From: Candidatus Multivorans thiocomprendens
GTDB taxonomy: Bacteria > Acidobacteriota > Thermoanaerobaculia > Multivoradales > Multivoraceae
Assembly: GCA_027493375.1 (NCBI GenBank)
Contig: JAPVWO010000059.1
Span: forward strand, 6,507 to 70,506
Direction: 5' to 3'
Length of the DNA stretch: 64,000 bases
The notes below the pieces were generated by a model. It was not told the origin of the DNA and did not search any database. It was given only the letters and a program-made list of their open reading frames with translations. Below are positions 59,050-64,000 of this stretch, piece after piece. The position numbers were made by a program, and so were the translations under genes. The first letter of the stretch is position 1. Each line of letters starts with the position of its first letter.

Positions 59050-60396
59050 ATGACGATCGACGGAGCCCGTGATGCAGGGCGTAGCGGAAACGGCGGCGCC
59101 AGGGCGGCGGAGAGCGCCGATCTGGCCTTCGACCTGAAAGCGCTGAAGGACCTGAGCAATGCGGACCTTCTCGAGCTGGCCCACAAGCTGGAGGTCGTCG
59201 GCGCCACCGGTATGCCGAGGCAGGAGTTGACCTTCAAGATCCTGGAGGCGCAGACGGAGAAGAGCGGGCTGCTGTTCTGCGAAGGGGTCCTCGAGTGCCT
59301 GACCGACGGCTTCGGGTTTCTGCGCGCGCCGGAGTACAGCTACCTGCCGGGGCCGGACGACATCTACGTCTCCCGCAGCCAGATCCGGCGCTTCGACCTG
59401 CGCACCGGCGACACCGTTTCGGGTCAGGTGCGCAAGCCGAGGGAGAAGGGTGAGCGCTATCTCGCCCTGATCAAGCTCGAGGCGGTGAACTTCGAGCATC
59501 CGGACGTGGTCCGGCAGAAGATCTTCTTCGACAACCTGACCCCGCTGTACCCCGAGGAGCGGCTCCAGCTGGAGGTCTCCGGGGACCTGTCGTCTCGCGT
59601 GACGGACCTGGTGACGCCGATGGGAAAGGGCCAGCGCGCGCTGATCGTGGCGCCGCCGCGCACCGGCAAGACGATGCTCCTGCAGTCCCTGGCTCGATCG
59701 ATCGCCACCAACCACCCCGAGGTCGTGCTGGTCGTCCTGCTGATCGACGAGCGCCCCGAGGAAGTGACGGACATGGAGCGGTCGGTGCGCGGAGAGGTCG
59801 TCTCGTCGACCTTCGACGAGCCGGCTTCGCGGCACACCCAGGTCGCCGAGATGGTGATCGAGAAGGCCAAGCGGCTGGTCGAGTACGGCAAGGACGTGGT
59901 CATCCTGCTCGACTCGATCACTCGCCTGGCTCGCGCCTACAACACGGTGCAGCCGCCTTCGGGCAAGGTGCTGTCGGGAGGTATCGACGCCAACGCCCTG
60001 CAGCGTCCGAAGCGGTTCTTCGGCGCCGCCCGGAACATCGAGGGCGGCGGCTCGCTGACCATCGTGGCCACGGCGCTGGTCGACACGGGCAGCCGGATGG
60101 ACGACGTGATCTTCGAGGAGTTCAAGGGCACCGGCAACTCGGAACTGCATCTCGACCGCAAGCTGGTCGACAAGCGGATCTTCCCGGCCATCGACATCGA
60201 GAAGTCCGGCACCCGCAAGGAGGAGCTGCTGCTGACGCCGGACGAACTGCAGCGGGTCTGGGTGCTGCGCAAGGTGCTGAATCCGCTGCCTGTGGTCGAG
60301 GCTATGGAGGTGCTCCAGGAGCGTCTCAAGAACACGCCGTCGAACGCGGACTTCCTGGCGGCGATGTCGAGAGGCGCAAGGGGAGCGTCGAACTGA
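59050..60396 (+). CDS. rho: Transcription termination factor Rho
   Basis: [42 protein letters not shown]. Confidence 0.98.
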   Translation: MTIDGARDAGRSGNGGARAAESADLAFDLKALKDLSNADLLELAHKLEVVGATGMPRQELTFKILEAQTEKSGLLFCEGVLECLTDGFGFLRAPEYSYLPGPDDIYVSRSQIRRFDLRTGDTVSGQVRKPREKGERYLALIKLEAVNFEHPDVVRQKIFFDNLTPLYPEERLQLEVSGDLSSRVTDLVTPMGKGQRALIVAPPRTGKTMLLQSLARSIATNHPEVVLVVLLIDERPEEVTDMERSVRGEVVSSTFDEPASRHTQVAEMVIEKAKRLVEYGKDVVILLDSITRLARAYNTVQPPSGKVLSGGIDANALQRPKRFFGAARNIEGGGSLTIVATALVDTGSRMDDVIFEEFKGTGNSELHLDRKLVDKRIFPAIDIEKSGTRKEELLLTPDELQRVWVLRKVLNPLPVVEAMEVLQERLKNTPSNADFLAAMSRGARGASN

Positions 60397-60425
60397 GTCC
60401 CGCACCCGCAAGCCCCCGGGTCGCC

Positions 60426-61703
60426 GTGCTGCCGACGGCGCCTGCCTCGATCCTGGCCGACTATCACGAACTCCTGAATCTCGCGGGCTATCGCGAGGTG
60501 ATCGATCCGTCCGTCGATACGGCGCTCAAGATCAACATCTCCTGGCACTTCTTCTACCCTGGCAGCTCGACGACGCCCTGGCAGCTCGAGGGCGTCGTGC
60601 GGGCGATGAAGAAGGACGGCTACGACCCGGCGCTGATTCACGGCTGCCACAACCGGACGGTCGTCATCGACGCCCGCCTGGGCGAGCGGGAGAACAAGCA
60701 GATCGACGTCATCGAGGCGCACGGTCTGCGCAACGTCCACCTCTACGAGGAGGGCGAGGAGTGGCTGCCGGTCCGGGAGGCCGTGGGGGACCTCGCCTCG
60801 CGCTTCCTCTGCCTGAACGACGTCTATCCCCAGGGTTTCCACTTTCCGGCGCGGTTCGTCGGCGAGAACATCATCCACCTGCCGACCGTCAAGACCCACG
60901 TCTTCACGACCACGACCGGGGCGATGAAGAACGCGTTCGGGGGGCTCCTGAACGAGCGCCGGCACTGGACCCATCCGGTCATCCACGAGACCCTGGTCGA
61001 CCTGCTGATGATCCAGCGGCACATCCACCGGGGCGTGTTCGCGGCCATGGACGGCACCTTCGCGGGCGACGGCCCGGGACCACGGTGCATGATTCCGCGG
61101 GTGGGCAACGTGATCCTGGCCAGCGCGGACCAGGTGGCGATCGACGCGGTGGCCGCGAAGCTGATGGGCTTCGACCCGCTGCAGATCCGCTACATCCGCC
61201 TCGCGCACGATCTGGGGCTCGGCTGCGGCGACCCGCGAGACATCGAGATCGTGGGCGATCCGGCCGTTGCCGGCAAGAGCTGGGGCTTCGTCGGCCCCTT
61301 CCGGAAGATGACCTTCGCGGCGCGGATGCAGCACAGGATCTACTGGGGTCCCCTGCGGCGTCCGATCGAATGGTCGCTGCGCACCTTTCTCGCGCCCTGG
61401 GCCTATCTGGCGAGCGTTCTCTACCACGACACCTTCTGGTATCCGTACAAGGCGAAACGGCAGATGGCCGAGGCCCTCTCCAGTCCCTGGGGCCGCCTGT
61501 TCGCGGGCTGGGACAGGGCAGGGGCCGACGGCCGCGGCTATCCGGAGATCGAAGACCGGCCGGCCGCCGTGTTCCGCACCGGCTGGCGGGCCTTCCTGAC
61601 CTCTCTTCGCATCCTCTGGACCTGCCTGCGGGAAGCGCCTGAAGTCGCCATGCGCCTGAGCCGCCGCTCAGGCGCCACCGGCGTTCACGGTTCGGGTTCC
61701 TGA
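60426..61703 (+). CDS. DUF362-domain protein
   Basis: [40 protein letters not shown]. Confidence 0.8.
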   Translation: MLPTAPASILADYHELLNLAGYREVIDPSVDTALKINISWHFFYPGSSTTPWQLEGVVRAMKKDGYDPALIHGCHNRTVVIDARLGERENKQIDVIEAHGLRNVHLYEEGEEWLPVREAVGDLASRFLCLNDVYPQGFHFPARFVGENIIHLPTVKTHVFTTTTGAMKNAFGGLLNERRHWTHPVIHETLVDLLMIQRHIHRGVFAAMDGTFAGDGPGPRCMIPRVGNVILASADQVAIDAVAAKLMGFDPLQIRYIRLAHDLGLGCGDPRDIEIVGDPAVAGKSWGFVGPFRKMTFAARMQHRIYWGPLRRPIEWSLRTFLAPWAYLASVLYHDTFWYPYKAKRQMAEALSSPWGRLFAGWDRAGADGRGYPEIEDRPAAVFRTGWRAFLTSLRILWTCLREAPEVAMRLSRRSGATGVHGSGS

Positions 61704-61722
61704 GCCTGTCCTCCGCCTGTCG

Positions 61723-63852
61723 ATGAGCGGCCGGCGGTGGCGGGAAACCGGCGCCGCGATCGCGGTCGTGTGTGCTCTGGCGTTGATGGTGTTCCATGCG
61801 GGCACGTTCCACCGCGGGGCCACCGCGTTCTCCCTGGCCGTCGGCGCCACTCTGCTGCTCGTGTTCGCGTTTCTCGGCCGCCGATCGTTCCTGGATCCGC
61901 TGGCGGTGGGAGGTGGTGCCTGGCCGTGGTGGCCGGAGCTTCTCGGAGTCCTCTGGCTTTCGGTCTTGGCGAGCTGGATTCAGTCACCGGTCGGCCGCGC
62001 TGGCGAGGCGATCGTTCTCTTCCTCCTGCCGGCTGCCTGGGCAGCGGCGGGGATCGGGCGGCTCCTGGGCTCGGAGGCAGCCGTGCGCACCGCTCTGGCC
62101 GGCTGCGCCGTGGTTGGCACGGCGGTGTCGACCTGGGCGCTGGCCATGCAGCCGCTCCACGAAGAGGGCCGGGCCGCTCTGCCGATCGGTCACCACAACC
62201 AGTTGGCGCTGGTGCTCGTGGCGATTCTGCCGCCCGCCGTGCTCGGCGCCTGGCGGGCCGCCGGACCGGATCGGCGGAGGTTGCGTCAGGGCGCGGCGCT
62301 CTTCGTCGGCGCGGTCCTGGTCTGGACTCTGGCCGCCACCGGTTCGATGTCCGCGTTGGCGGCGCTGGTTGTCCAGGCGGTAGCGGCCGCTGCCTGGATG
62401 CTGTGGCGGAGCAGGGGGCGCCGCTTGCTCGTTCCGCTCGCTGCGTTGCTGGCTCTGGCCGCCGGCCTGGCGCTTGCGACAGCCTGGGCGGGCTCCCGGC
62501 TCGACGTGCCGGGCCCGCTCGGCCGTCTGGGCGCGGTGCTGCGGCTCGAGGACCCGTCGCTCCTGGCCCGCCGCACCTACGCCGAAGCCGCTGCCTCCGG
62601 CTTCGCGGAGCGTCCGCTCCTGGGCTGGGGTCCAGGGTCGACGAGCTGGACCCTGGCGAACCACTGGCGTCCGGCGCCGGGCGTTCATCCGCCGGGCGAG
62701 GTGGTCACGGACGCCCACAGCCTGGTGGCCCAGGCGCCCTACGAACTCGGCATCGCCGGTTCGGTCCTGTTGCTGTTGCTGGCGGCTCGCTACGGCCGGG
62801 CTCGCCTGGGCGGACTGAGCGATCCTCGCGTGCGCGACCCGGATCTCCTGGCGGCGGCGCTGCTGGGTCTGACCGGCGCCGGAGTCTGCCTGGCATTCGG
62901 GGTCTTCGCCGTGGTCACGGCGGTGCCCGCGGTGCTGATTCTCAACCTGGGCCTGGCGGCCGCGGCGCGGCCGGCCCGGACCGAGGGCAATGACCTGCAC
63001 TCGTTGCCGGCGTGGTGGCGGCGAGGGCTCCAGATGGCGTTCCATCTCTGGCTCGTCGCCGCGCTGGGCTGGACCTGGCAGCGGACCTCGGCTGCCCGGT
63101 CGTACGAACTCGCGGTGGCTGCCGGGACTGCGGCGGTGGGACAGACGCCCGGGGTCCCCGGAGAGGAGGTCGGCGGGGGCACGGACCTGCTCCGGACGGC
63201 CGCTGCCTCCGATCCGTCCTTCCCACTCTACCAGGCGCGGCTCGATCCCTGGGCCGCGGCCGAGGCCGCCGACGGCCTCGCTCCGCTATGGCTCCTGGCC
63301 GGGGTCGATCGGAGCATCGACGCCGGGAGGCGCCGACTGGCGCTCGAGCGAGCCTGCGACCTCGACCCGCTGTCCGCGCTGGCCCCGTTCGAACTCATGC
63401 GTCTGGAGCGGGAGGCCGGCGGCGCGGCCACGGATCCCCGCGTGGCCGCGCCGGCGGCGCGGGCGGTTCTCGCCGAACCTCTCCTTCTGGCCGCGTCGGC
63501 GTTCGAGGGAGACCCGGACCTGCGGTCCGAAGTTCATCGGCGGATCCGGTCGTGGCCGGGCTTGCCGCCGGGTTGGCTGGCCGCGTTCGAGGAGTTGTGG
63601 TTCGGACTCGACTGGTCGAACGGCCGCGAAGATCCCCCGCTCGACGTACTGTCGGTCGATGCCGACAGCCGTCCGGCGGTCTCGTTCAGCCTCTTCGCTT
63701 TCCGCCGTCCGCCCTGGTCGCTCTCTATCGGCGCGGTGCCGCTCCGGAGCCATCGCCTGGAGTTCATCGCGGCCCACGATCTTCCCGCGGTGACCCGGTT
63801 GCCGCAGACCGCTCCCGAACCGTTCTGGTTCCGTCGCTGCGGGGCAGAGTAG
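61723..63852 (+). CDS. O-antigen ligase (Wzy_C)-family membrane protein
   Basis: Multiple TM helices, GHHNQLA, TGS, RPLLGWGPG, DAHS...ELGIAG. Confidence 0.78.
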   Translation: MSGRRWRETGAAIAVVCALALMVFHAGTFHRGATAFSLAVGATLLLVFAFLGRRSFLDPLAVGGGAWPWWPELLGVLWLSVLASWIQSPVGRAGEAIVLFLLPAAWAAAGIGRLLGSEAAVRTALAGCAVVGTAVSTWALAMQPLHEEGRAALPIGHHNQLALVLVAILPPAVLGAWRAAGPDRRRLRQGAALFVGAVLVWTLAATGSMSALAALVVQAVAAAAWMLWRSRGRRLLVPLAALLALAAGLALATAWAGSRLDVPGPLGRLGAVLRLEDPSLLARRTYAEAAASGFAERPLLGWGPGSTSWTLANHWRPAPGVHPPGEVVTDAHSLVAQAPYELGIAGSVLLLLLAARYGRARLGGLSDPRVRDPDLLAAALLGLTGAGVCLAFGVFAVVTAVPAVLILNLGLAAAARPARTEGNDLHSLPAWWRRGLQMAFHLWLVAALGWTWQRTSAARSYELAVAAGTAAVGQTPGVPGEEVGGGTDLLRTAAASDPSFPLYQARLDPWAAAEAADGLAPLWLLAGVDRSIDAGRRRLALERACDLDPLSALAPFELMRLEREAGGAATDPRVAAPAARAVLAEPLLLAASAFEGDPDLRSEVHRRIRSWPGLPPGWLAAFEELWFGLDWSNGREDPPLDVLSVDADSRPAVSFSLFAFRRPPWSLSIGAVPLRSHRLEFIAAHDLPAVTRLPQTAPEPFWFRRCGAE

Positions 63853-63858
63853 GGGGAC

Positions 63859-64000
63859 TCACGCCGCGCCGGTGGCTTCGGCGTCGTCGGCGGCCACGCG
63901 GTTGCGGCCGGCATGCTTCGCCTGGTACATCGCGTTGTCCGCCAGTTGCAGCAGGCGGGTCGCGGCGCCTTGTGGGCCCGGCGTCTCGTCATGGTCGCCG
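63859..64000 (-). CDS. GGDEF-domain protein, C-terminal end only
   Basis: Manual translation ...RLLQLADNAMYQAKHAGRNRVAADDAEATGAA*, the typical GGDEF C-terminus. Confidence 0.8.
   Translation of the reverse strand, partial: GDHDETPGPQGAATRLLQLADNAMYQAKHAGRNRVAADDAEATGAA

Overview
A high-GC bacterial chromosome segment. Gene content and order (tRNA-Leu-tig-clpP-clpX-lon-yihA-rho, rplU-rpmA-obgE-nadD-rsfS, lpxC, sigma54 regulators, plant-type LRR protein) suggest an Acidobacteriota-like, possibly host-associated organism; this is inference only. Most of the window is housekeeping or regulatory. Three accessory regions stand out. (1) 1-8872: a defence island (SNF2/DUF3883 helicase, DUF262/GmrSD-Schlafen AlbA_2 fusion, collapsed MNT-HEPN remnant, DUF1156 methyltransferase, AAA ATPase start). 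(2) 40695-43760: a secreted LRR/Calx-beta protein frameshifted at a G9 tract, next to an IS481-like remnant. (3) 47516-52539: a 5-kb recombinase-free insertion that appears to split tig after codon 7. It consists of two head-to-tail cassettes (secreted protein + metzincin/FN3 protein) with matching ends but divergent interiors. Also notable: a sigma54 promoter with three enhancer sites driving an RsbW/RsbV/RsbU-type partner-switch operon beside a GAF-bEBP, and recurrent micro-duplications at gene boundaries. No CRISPR array or rRNA was seen.
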